NCBI RefSeq assembly: GCF_000143415.4
Contig: NW_003314277.1
Coordinates: 1,923,454-1,987,453 of the forward strand
Origin: Selaginella moellendorffii
Taxonomy: Eukaryota; Plantae; Lycopodiophyta
DNA length: 64,000 nt
Direction: 5' to 3'
The notes under the pieces are model-generated. The model saw only the letters and a list, made by a program, of their open reading frames with translations. It made no database searches and was not told the origin of the DNA. Every line of letters starts with the position of its first letter. Within the stretch, counting starts at the first letter, position 1. The translations under genes were made by a program, and so were the position numbers. Below, one piece after another: positions 46,701 through 57,506 of this stretch.

Positions 46701-49407
46701 TGGCATGACAGTGTACTCAAAGTGGCCATAGCAGGTTTGGAATGCAGTCTTCCATTCATCACCAGGACGGATCTAGATCAGGTTGTATACTCCACGGAGG
46801 TTGATCTTGGTGAAGAAGCGGGCACCGCCGAGGCATTCCAACAAGTCTGAGATCAGGGGCAATAGATAACGGTTCCAAACAGTCACTTTGTTCAAACCTC
46901 GGTAGTCGATGATTAGCCACAAACTCCCATCCTTCTTCTTGACAAAGAAGACAAGCGCTCCAGCCGGGGACTGCGAATGCTGAATGTACCCCAAGGCAAG
47001 GTTCTCATCCATGTACTCTTTGAGGGCCTTAAGCTCGAACAGGGATAACCCATAGATAGGCCCCCACGAAGGTGACACTCCTTTCTGTAAATCAATGGGA
47101 CAGTTATAAGGCCGATGAACAGGAAGTACACTAGCTTTTTTCTTGTCAAACACATCCCCAAAATCATGATACTTCTCAGGAAGACTGACAGGAGAAACAT
47201 GCAAAGCAAAAAGGAAAATAGATTCTTCATGAAGGAGTTCTTTCATAGTGATTGTGGAGATAGGAGGAGGTGTACGACTAAATGGAATGATGAGATGAGG
47301 ATACTATCCAGTGTAAGATGGAAGAGAGGAAAAACAAGAGGGTGAAAACTTCATAAAGTCAGGAACAGAACCCTGATTTGAGTTTAGGGAACTTTTCCTG
47401 ATTTGGACTCGATGAACAGCAGGGGAAGCCGTGAGAGATGGTCATGTGGGAGAGATGAGCTGTAATTCCTTCCAATAGATCTGAGGTTGATGTAGTTGGA
47501 ACCAAGGAAGACCGAGCACCACAGAGGAGGACTTACTGTTGATGATGTTGAAGGCGATATCGGTGATGGTGGACCCGATGTGTACTCGAACGGGTAATGT
47601 TTCCCTAAGTCCAGAAGATGGAGACACAAAATGCCCGCCGATGCCTTCAACCCTCAGATCCCGTATAGTAGGAGAAAGAGGAACGTGATGTTGGGCAACA
47701 AAGTCGATGTCCATGAAGCAGGAAGTTGCACCTGAGTCCAGTAGTGCCAGAGCCTTGAGTCCTGATTGTCCGGTGAAAGAAAAGAGACATGGGACGCGAA
47801 AGTTGTGGGAATTGGTGGTGGCTTTGATGAAAGGTGGTGAGGAGCTTGATAAAGAAGAAAAGTGATTTTTATTCGGGGAGTCCAAGCAGACAGCTCCTAC
47901 TCTGTTTGGACAGGGTCGTTTCCTGATTGCAACAGAGGTGGACTTTGAGGCAGAGTGAACTCGAGCAGTCGGGGAGGCTTCTTGGGACACACAGCTGCTT
48001 TGTGATTAGGATCAGCACAATAGAGGCAAAGATTATGAGATATTCGACGTTGCTTCTCAGCAGGACTCAACTTCCCTCTAATGAGTTAGGGAGTACTAGA
48101 AATATCCATCGGGACCGGAGCAGTAGGTTCAGGAGTATGCCCCGAAGACTCAAGTTGGGATTCCTGAGTCTGAGACGGAAAAACAGCGGCGCGGTGACTT
48201 TCCTGACGACGTTCAAAGAGACGATTGTCACATTGAACAGCTTTGTTGATGACGTCCGACAGGTCCTTGGGATCCTCCATGGTGGCAACAAATCCTTGAC
48301 ACCATTGTTGAGGCCAAAACAAAATTGGTTAATTAGGGCCTGCTCATCCCACTGAGTGTCCAAGGCAAGGAGTTGGAACTCTACAACGTAGATCAAGGCA
48401 GGACGAGAGAGACCCCTGAGAGAGACGTCTCATCTTTGTGGTAGCAGCCTAAACCCGATCTGTCTTGCCAAAACATGCTTTGAGTTTCTCTTTGAACAAT
48501 TGAAGATCCATCAGCTCCAGAACCACGACCCCTTTCATGCTCTTCTCCAGAAGAGGAGAAAACCATGACAAAGTTGCACCTTGGAGCAACATCCCAATCG
48601 CGCCGATTTAAGACTCGGGAGTGGGGTATCGCCGATGTTGAAGTGCAAAGATCAGCTCCATCTAGTTCAGGAATCCACGAAGCTCTGAACACTTGCCCGA
48701 AAATTTCGCTAGGAAACTCACCTTCGGTTCAGGAACTTTGCTGGATCCTTGAGCCGAAAGTGGAGCAAGCTCCTGCTGCATGCGAAGAAGGGTCACCTTC
48801 AGCTTGGTATTCTTAGACTGGATTTTTGCAAGGACTTTGGCAAAGAAATCAAGATGGCTTGGAGACTCCATCGGCAAGAAGAAAGGAAAAGGGGGAAAAA
48901 AGGCAAAGGTAGTCAAACAATCAAAACGAGCTAAAGCAAAAAACGAAAAAACACAATTTGAATCAAACTGTCAAGACCCCCAACAAGATCAAGACTAAAA
49001 AATGCAAAAGATAAAGAGAAAAGCTAGTGGAAACAAAGAAAAAGCCTTAGACTAGCGTTGATTCAGATTGTGGAGAAATGGAACAAGGCTAATCTATATA
49101 TACTATAGGTTGATGAAGCTCCACCACTCTTGGATCGAGGATGGCCTAAATATAGCTGAGGTCGAGGAGGCGCCACATCATCATCAGGAATGTGGCTCGA
49201 TACTCAGGAATCGTACAGGAAATCAGAGAGTCAGGAATAGAGAAGTGTCTCGAGAGTCAGGAATAGGGAAGTGTCTCGAGAGTCAGGAATAGGGAAGTGT
49301 CTCGAGAGTCAGGAATAGGGAAGTGTCTCGAGAGTCAGGAATGTGGTCTGTAGGTTAGGAATCCGGCGAGAGTCAGGAATGTGGCAAGAATTGGGGGATT
49401 CTTGACA
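43754..49407 (-). mobile_element. Full-length but decayed Ty3/gypsy chromovirus (Tcn1/Tf1-sushi-like) LTR retrotransposon
   Basis: 5' LTR 48969-49407, 3' LTR 43754-44140, TSD GAAGG, PPT ~44141-44153. Gag with CCHC knuckle, protease LLDSGAT, RT YLDDILI, RNase H TDHKNL, integrase, chromodomain EYEVQDILDSK...YLVDW..YGP...TWEP. Many stops and frameshifts. Confidence 0.96.
49232..49342 (+). repeat. 26-bp tandem repeat in the chromovirus LTR (about 4 units in the 5' LTR, 2 in the 3' LTR)
   Basis: gagtcaggaatag(a/g)gaagtgtctcga units; LTR lengths 439 vs 387 differ by 52 = 2 x 26. Confidence 0.85.
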
Positions 49408-52400
49408 GAAGGCAGATTAGTTTTTCAATTATAGGATCATGTAAAATTAATTTTTAAAATGGATAGAGGGGATATTAAGATCACTCAAGATCTTAATTCA
49501 AAGATTTTCTATCTTCCCATAGAGCTAGATCAGGAGAATTAGATAGAAGAAAAAGTTTTTCCTGATAAGCTCAAATAGGGATCTATTCATTTAAAACAAA
49601 GGGAAAATATATATCCCTTGAGAAAGATTCATGTTTATGCTAGAGAAACCCTCATATATCTAAGTACTTTCTTTGATGGGGAAATTCCAAAGAAAGAAAT
49701 TAAGGGATAAATTGGATAAATATTTCCTTCTTTAGAGCAAACATTCCCTCAAAATCTTGTTGGTATAGCCTATAAAAATTTTCTCTAGGTAATACAAGAT
49801 TTAGAGGAAAAGAAAAGAAAGGGTAGATACTCTAAAAGTAATATCTCTATTTTTCTTGCCCCATTCTATAAACTCTGCCAGGAAACTATAAAGATTAATA
49901 AGCAAAGATTACTAGGCCAACAAGGAAAAAACATTTCCACAATACATTTGTATATAAAACCAAATAAAGGCAAGGTGACTTAGGTAATTTGGAAGTGGTT
50001 AGGGAGCTTCTTTCTCTCTCTCACTCTTTTCCTTATGCTTTCCCCAAGATGTGTCGACACTCCAGGCTTAACTCCGAAGCAATGTACAACAACTCAAATA
50101 CCACCTAATCTGTGCAAAAGTAAATACCATTGTTGCTGCCTACTGGGTCAAGCGGATTTGTCCTCATGCCACCACCACAAGCTGTCAACTCCACTTTTGC
50201 ACCATTGATGCAAGATCTCTCTTGGGCACCTCCATTGGCACCGCACTCTATCTCTTGGTTGCCTTTGGCAATGAAGAGTTGGATTATGGCCAAGTAAAGC
50301 TGTCTAGGGAGCTTATGCTTTCTCCCTATGACAAGTTTTAGTTTAATGCCTTTGGGTTACTCACCTATGCAGAGCTGCTTGAAGGAGAAATACCAGTCAA
50401 ACAAGGGATCAAGCTTATGCAGAAGTGGTACCCAAAAGAACATGTTTTTCTTTTCCGTAGGCGAGTCCATCCCTTTGGACTCACCCAATTTGCTCAGATT
50501 TTTCACCTAGACAATGAGGGTGAAATAAGAAGGATTGCATACCCGAAAAATACGTCCTCCCAAACTACATATTCGGATGAGAAGGCAACTTCATCTACTT
50601 GAAGCCCAACTATCATGCTAGGCTTAAAGTGTTGTGTGCCATCATCAATGGGAGGACAATTGTGCAAAAAATGCTAGTATCAAGATAGTCCGCTTGTTGG
50701 AAGCTATCAAGACTGGACCGCAAATAAACATAGCTCATTTCACTTACAATGGATTTGTGGCCGAAATGAAAAATGTCGCCTTACAAATAGGCAAGGGAAG
50801 GCAAGTGTAGATGGGGGTCTTTATCTATTTGCAGCACATCTATGAGCATTACACCACTCAAGTGGATCCCATGCTTCACCTTACCATTGAGCCACCACTA
50901 CATAGCGAGGGATGTGGAAGTGAAAGAGAATCTTGATAATACAGATTTAAGTGAGGAAAATTCTCCCCTCAAAAGGAAACTCTGCCTAGATCCAAAAATC
51001 TAAGCTGTGAGACCTCTAGGGTTCGTTCTACAAAAATCCAGTGGCTGAGTATGCTGTTGAAAGGCTGGATGTAGCAAGTATGGTGATAAAACACCATGCT
51101 TGGATCAGGAATAGAGTTATGACTCATCTACATCTACAAAGACAACTCCAATGCCTATACAAAATTTTTCAAGCATCAGAGAAGTGACAAGTACACAAAT
51201 GGACAAGACTAGATGAACGATGGATGCTGAAGTTGTGAAAGAAATTCCAGAATTTAGGCCACTAGGTCCAACACATGATGCACCTATAGATGTTGCAAAA
51301 CCATTAGCTATAGATATAACCAATGAGGTGAATTTAGGCCAAGAAAATCACGGCAAAAAAACTCAACAGGATAAAGAGGATGAAATTACAAAAGAAAGTT
51401 TAGGTGAATCGAAGGAGTGTGGGTTAAATTTTCTCTAGTCCACCTATGCATCCAATAGCAATACTCCCTCGACTGACAAGTGTAGTTAGATGAGGTAGCC
51501 ACAGTAGCAGCAGATGCCATAACAACACTATAAGGTCAAGGCTAACTATGCCTTTGCACACAAGTCCATGAGTTAGTCTAGCAAGTTAATAGTCTATAGC
51601 TTCATAGAAGAGCTCACTCAACATATCAAGGGAGGCAAGCAGCAAGTTGACAAGTCAATGTAGCCGGTAGAAGACGAGGAAACTATGAAGTACCATGTAT
51701 AAGTTTTGAGCTATCTCAAGACAATCACCAAGAAAGTGGATGGAGTCATGGGCGAGTTGAATCATTAGTGCCACAGCTCAAGAGTGCAATCCCAACTTCC
51801 ATAACCACTGATGTAGAGTATATTAGCCACCAGGACCAATGCATTTCTATGCTCAACCATAAGAATCAAATCATGTGTTAGGAACTCGATGATCTACACC
51901 AAAGTGTCGAGCTTGTCATTATAAAGACCAAGCTCAACAACCTGGAAAAGGATTTGGAGAATTCGACTGCTTAAGGATAAACAATAGCTTTCTTGTGGGA
52001 GAGTGATAAAGAAGTAAATGTTTTATTTTGTATATCTTCCCAAGTAGAGCAAAAGAGGAAACCTTTGGCAAAACAAAATTACACCTAAGTTTAGGCATTA
52101 AAAGAAGAAAAACTTGACCTAGGTGAGAAGTAGTTAGGAACAGTTATAAAATCATGTAGTATATAAATAATATTTAGACGTGCTGGAAAACAACCCCCAC
52201 TCACTATTGTATGCATTTGCATTGAATTAACTATCTTTTCTCCCGCTTATGATTGTTAATGTAAAGTAGAGTTGAGAGAGTGACATATGCTTATCCTTAC
52301 TCATGCCTTTGGGGTTTGAGGTTGAGTTTTATTCTCTTCTATTTTATTTTTCTCTTTTTCTCTTCTTTTTCTATATTCTTGTCTCTATTTTTTTGTCACT

Positions 52401-53109
52401 ATTTTGCAAGCAGGGGTGAGAATGCGAATATAGGTAGAAAAAGCTTTACTGTCATTTTTTATTAGTATTTCACAATCATGGAGATTCTAGAGTGTAAGAC
52501 AGTCCTTTTTGCATCAATCTACTTGAAGAGCTTGAATTCAGACTAGTACTATCCTCTAGAGCAATATAAAGTCACCAAGTCATGAAATTTTTAAAAAAAT
52601 TTACTTGTAGAGGAGTTTGTGTTAACAATGGTGGTGGATCTCCTTTCAACAAGCTTTGCACACTTTGCTATGTGCAATAGTCTCATTCACTACAGGAATT
52701 TAATAAAGCCTACCAAAACAATGATTACAGAACAAATAGGTATATTTGGTTTGGAAGAGAGGAACTCTCAAAACACAATAAATATAAATATCACCCCATA
52801 TAGAGCATGTTGTGTGAATAGCTCTATCTTTAAGGCAAGCATAAAAGATCTGAATAATCTAAATATGTTAAAGTATATAAATTTCATTATGTTTATATAT
52901 GTTTGTGAGTGCTTGGAATATAGAAAGGGAATACAGAAATGTGCATATCAATTAGCCCAAAAACCCTAGCTTATATACAGGAGCGAGTGGTCCGGATTGA
53001 AACCAATCCGATGGCTACCAAAATCCACTACGCTAATATTAGTATACGGCATCGTAGCCGTACACTTGGCCCTCACATCATCCCCTCCTCTCGGAATAAT
53101 GGAAGGCCG

Positions 53110-56100
53110 TCAGGGTTCTCTTGTAGATGGGCCGGGATCTGGAGGAACGTCAGGAGGAGGCATCGGCGGATCTGTAGACGATATTAACTGCTCCTGATCC
53201 CTTTGTATGAAGCGTTTTAACCGCTGCACATGCACAATCTCCGGAGGATCGGCCTGCTGAACGTCATGCCGAACCTCATAAACTTGCGGTCCAACTTGCC
53301 GCAACACCCGATACGGTCCTTTCCACTGCGCAAGGAGCCCCTTAGATAAACCACGTACCGTAAGATGGGGAAAACGGACTAACACCAAATCATCCACTTT
53401 GTACTCCGCAGATGGACGATGATGGGAGTTGTAGCGCCGTTGTTGTCCCACTTGTACGCGGCCTAAGTGTTCGGCAGACTCTGCTCGGACAAGTGGAAGA
53501 ATGCTTGTCAAATACTGATCCCATGACCTAGCATCAGGAGCTCGTGGCAATCGCGAAGGTAAACCCAGCTCTGTTGGTAAAATTGGATCATGACCATATA
53601 GAAGTTTATATGGTGAAGCACCAACAGAACTCTGCACCCCTGTGACATAGGCATACCGAAGAGACGGCAAATAACCATCCCAATCCGAATGTTGAAAGTT
53701 CACATACTTCGCAATCATCCCTTTGAATGTCCGAACGAGCTGTTCCACCAGACCGTCTGATTGTGGATGATAAGCACTCGTAAAAGTGTGGCGTATCCCC
53801 AACCGAGATGTCAAAACATGAAATACCTCAGCCATAAATGCAGGACCATTATCCGAAAGAATCCGCTCTGGACAAGAATGCTGGAACACCACTCGATTGA
53901 GGAGGAAGTATCCAACAGCAGTTGCAGAGGCGCTAGCAAGAGCACCAACTTCCACCCAACGAGTCAAGTAGTCAGAAGCAATAATAACATACTCATTGCC
54001 AACAGTCGATCGTGGAAAAGGTCCCATAAGATCAAACGCCACCAACTCAAACGGACGGGAAACTGCAATTGACTCCAACCGTCCTTCCGCAGCACAAGGG
54101 GGAGTATTACGAGCTTGGCACCAAACGCAGCTACGCACATACCGGATAATATCATGTCGCATCTCCGGCCAATAGAAAGACCTGCGCAGCTTCTCGGTGA
54201 CACGACGGTGTCCCATATGCCCACCTAGAACAGGAGAATCATGGTAGGCATGGAGAAACCGCGGAATAAACACCGAAGGCACCACCAACCGTAAATGATC
54301 ATCAGGATCCGTCCCCACAAAATAAAGAAGGCCATCTTCAAGGCGATATTGAGAATGTAAATGCCGGAAAGGCAAGTCATCAGCAAGTGATGCAGGATTC
54401 TCAAACCCATCTCGAAGCCTTCGAATCCACGGCTTAATCTTTTGAGCCTTGCGAACCTCATCAAGAGAAGGTAGATCTTGCTCTGCGCCCTGTGGACACT
54501 GAACGTCAAGGACAGCAACCGCCGACGGCACAGAATCCTCATCTAGAAAATCCACAGACGCTGGAACAACAGGTTCGTCAGAAACATGAGAAGTGAGTGG
54601 AGAAGGAAGAGGAGCTCGAGAAAGGGCATCAGCATCAGCCATAGAACTCCCTGGGCGATGAACAACATCGAAATCATATATCTGAAGCTTCAAAGCCCAT
54701 CGAGCCGTACGACCAACCAGGTTCTTCCGCTTCAATAATGAAGTAACAGCAGCATGGTCACCTTCAAGTAACGTCCGAGAACCATGTAGATATGCATGAA
54801 GTTTCTCGAAACCCCAGACTGCTGCTAAACACTCCTTCTCCGTCGTGGAGTAGTTCATCTCCGCTGGTTGTAATGTACGGCTTATGTATGCAATGGGATG
54901 GCACTGACCAGGCACACTCGAGCTCTCTTGCATCAACACACCTCCAAGACCAATGTCAGAAGCATCCACGCGCAAAATAAAAGGTCGAGTGTAGTCAGGA
55001 TATGCCAAAACCGGAGGAGTCGTCAATAGCTCTTTGAGATCCACGAACGCCCGCTCACAATCCGGACACCAGATGAAAGATGACGTTGATGACTTCAGCA
55101 ACGCTCGCAATGGTGTAGTGCGATCGGAAAGATGATCCACAAAACGACCGAGATACTGCACCTTACCCAAAAAGCGTTGCACATCATTCACATATTTCGG
55201 AGTAGGGAACTTTAGAACAGCCACAAGTTTGTCAGGATCAACTTGCAAACCCTCACGAGAAATACGGTACCCAAGATAAGTTGTGTCCTTGGACCCAAAC
55301 ACGCACTTTGACCGCTTCAGCTTTAAACCAACATCCCGTAGCCGATCCAACACTTTACAAACATCACGAACGTGCTCCTCCCACGTCCCCTCCGAATGGA
55401 TCAAGACATCATCAATGAAGTCAGCAGTCACTTCCGGCATATCGCAAAGAACCTCGTCCATCATCCGCTGGAAAGTTGCGGGAGCATTGTTCAAACCAAA
55501 CGGCATCACCAAGAACTCGTACAAACCAAATGGTGTACGAAAAGCAGTCTTAGGAATATCTTCTTTGGCCATCGGTACTTGCCAATACCCAGAAGCAAGA
55601 TCTAGCTTGGTGAACCAACGACTTCGCCCCAGACGATCTAAGAGATCAGCAGTGTGAGGAAGAGGATACACATCTGGGATCGTCACTTCGTTTAACGGGC
55701 GATAGTCGATGCAGAAACGAATACTCCCATCAGGCTTCGTCACAAGATGAGGTTCACATGCCCAAGGACTCCGCGACTTCCGAATAACACCCTTCTCCAG
55801 CATTTCCTTGACGTTGGCTCGTAAAATCTTGATCTCCTTAGGTGACCGACGACGAACAGGAACCTTGATTGGACGAGCATCCCCGGTTGGAATCAGATGA
55901 CGTGTGGCAATCTTGGCCCCAGACGATAGGTCAAATTCAAAGAGATCAGAATACTCTTTCATGAGCCGGTCAACTGCTGCAACACAAAGATCGTCGGAGG
56001 GATCGGAAAAGGGAAAAGCAGAACAAGATGGAAACACAGAAGGAAAGAGTGGGGGAACAAAAGTAATGGAAGCAGAGGTAGAAGTAGAGGGATGAAGAGG

Positions 56101-56598
56101 TATGGAAGTGAGAGGAATGGATGAAACATAAGGAAGTATGAGACAAGGGGGAGAAGCCTCAAAGTCACACTTGGCATGATTGCCCTGCAACCAATCCATA
56201 CCAAGAATGAGGTCAAAAGCTTGACTCGGCACCACCCGCAACGACTGCAACTCAAGCTCGAGATCGCCCACACGCACAACCAGGTCCACCTCATCCCGTG
56301 CACATGCATGTGTACGGCCGTTGCCATAAAGAATGAAAACTGGTTCCGCCGCACGACGCAAGTGTAGACGACAACGTGTGGTAACAGGTCGAGCAATAGA
56401 AGATAAACTCGAACCTGTATCAACCAACACGGAGAGAATAATAGGAGACCTCTTGTTATAAAAACGAGCTTGGAAAGTAAACACGGGATGAACCGGTGCC
56501 GAGTGAACCCCTTGATGATACTCCCGAAAGAAAGATGGAGGGGTCACTGATTTATTCGCGCAAGGTCCCTCCATTACTCGCGCGACTCCTCGTTTCCC
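53110..56598 (-). CDS. pol: Intact pol (PR-RT-RNase H-IN), reached by -1 frameshift from gag
   Basis: LVDTGSS, FCIDYRPLN, FIDDVLI, VDASDIGLG, HHCC zinc finger, ILSDNG, GPY motif; no chromodomain; open frame of about 1160 codons. Confidence 0.93.
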   Translation of the reverse strand, partial: GKRGVARVMEGPCANKSVTPPSFFREYHQGVHSAPVHPVFTFQARFYNKRSPIILSVLVDTGSSLSSIARPVTTRCRLHLRRAAEPVFILYGNGRTHACARDEVDLVVRVGDLELELQSLRVVPSQAFDLILGMDWLQGNHAKCDFEASPPCLILPYVSSIPLTSIPLHPSTSTSASITFVPPLFPSVFPSCSAFPFSDPSDDLCVAAVDRLMKEYSDLFEFDLSSGAKIATRHLIPTGDARPIKVPVRRRSPKEIKILRANVKEMLEKGVIRKSRSPWACEPHLVTKPDGSIRFCIDYRPLNEVTIPDVYPLPHTADLLDRLGRSRWFTKLDLASGYWQVPMAKEDIPKTAFRTPFGLYEFLVMPFGLNNAPATFQRMMDEVLCDMPEVTADFIDDVLIHSEGTWEEHVRDVCKVLDRLRDVGLKLKRSKCVFGSKDTTYLGYRISREGLQVDPDKLVAVLKFPTPKYVNDVQRFLGKVQYLGRFVDHLSDRTTPLRALLKSSTSSFIWCPDCERAFVDLKELLTTPPVLAYPDYTRPFILRVDASDIGLGGVLMQESSSVPGQCHPIAYISRTLQPAEMNYSTTEKECLAAVWGFEKLHAYLHGSRTLLEGDHAAVTSLLKRKNLVGRTARWALKLQIYDFDVVHRPGSSMADADALSRAPLPSPLTSHVSDEPVVPASVDFLDEDSVPSAVAVLDVQCPQGAEQDLPSLDEVRKAQKIKPWIRRLRDGFENPASLADDLPFRHLHSQYRLEDGLLYFVGTDPDDHLRLVVPSVFIPRFLHAYHDSPVLGGHMGHRRVTEKLRRSFYWPEMRHDIIRYVRSCVWCQARNTPPCAAEGRLESIAVSRPFELVAFDLMGPFPRSTVGNEYVIIASDYLTRWVEVGALASASATAVGYFLLNRVVFQHSCPERILSDNGPAFMAEVFHVLTSRLGIRHTFTSAYHPQSDGLVEQLVRTFKGMIAKYVNFQHSDWDGYLPSLRYAYVTGVQSSVGASPYKLLYGHDPILPTELGLPSRLPRAPDARSWDQYLTSILPLVRAESAEHLGRVQVGQQRRYNSHHRPSAEYKVDDLVLVRFPHLTVRGLSKGLLAQWKGPYRVLRQVGPQVYEVRHDVQQADPPEIVHVQRLKRFIQRDQEQLISSTDPPMPPPDVPPDPGPSTREP

Positions 56599-57506
56599 AG
56601 ATGCATCTCGGTGTCCAGACCTTCCACTGCAGCAGCACCCACAGGACGTTGCTGACGCCAAGGTCTCCACCCAGGAAATGGAGGTCGCCAATCCGGAAAA
56701 CGACGGCAACGCCGATAAGTATGACCAACTTCATCACACGCCCAGCAGCGAACATCACGGCCACGACCACGTCCTCGCGCTTGTCCTTGGACTCGAGCAG
56801 CAGCAGCATCAACCTCCATTGGAACAGGACCATCACCCATAGGAAGTGGAGCGGAAGGACGTGCAGCAAGAAGTGGAAGAGGCGACGTCTCATAACGTTG
56901 TGCCAAGCGAAGAGCATCGTCAAGGGTGGCAGGAGCAAGTGCATGCACAAGTCCGACAAGATCTTGACGAAGTGCTGGCCACAACATTCCTAGCTTGATC
57001 CGCTCCGACATATTTGGCTCCGCACGAAGCAAAAGACTTCGGAAACGAACGCCAAATTGCATCACTGACTCAGATGGCCCTTGGCGAAGACGATGCAATT
57101 GTTGGAAAGCATCATCACAATCATCGGCATGTCCGAAGGCGCGTTTGAAGACGTCCGGGAGAACACTCCAATCCCCACGAGTGGCTGCGCTCAAACCATT
57201 GTACCACTGCAACGCCGTCCCTTGGAGACACGTGGGAAACTCACGCAAACGTCGAGCATCATCCTAAGAATGATATGTGGCAATCACCGTGAAGTGATCG
57301 AACCAATGGTACACATCATCCCCAGGATTCCCGCGAAAGAACTCCGGCCGAACGCGAGGATTAGCACCAAGAGCAGGAGGAGTTGTACCACGTGCCGTGA
57401 ACGCCGCCATCAACTGAGTTTGGTTGTTCAACTGCAAGCGCATAGCATCAAGCAATTGTACCAACTGTTGCTCTAGAGTCAAAGGAGGAGATTGCGGATC
57501 TGCCAT
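56574..57506 (-). pseudogene. gag: gag of the young gypsy element, with a single premature TAG at 57264-57266
   Basis: ORFs 57264..57506 and 56574..57248 share a frame (HS*DDARRLREF, likely TGG>TAG); LRQGPSESV motif, PVPMEVD, knuckle CWACDEVGHTYRRC. Confidence 0.9.

Noticed and set aside
48393-48692. Apparent foreign ORF inside the chromovirus gag
   Set aside because: Another frame reads as gag with stops (MELIFALQHRRYPT...GATLSWFSPLLEK...ATTKMRRLSQG); there is no insertion.
49232-49342. Regular 26-bp repeats as a CRISPR-like array
   Set aside because: Head-to-tail with no spacers, inside an LTR in a eukaryotic genome.
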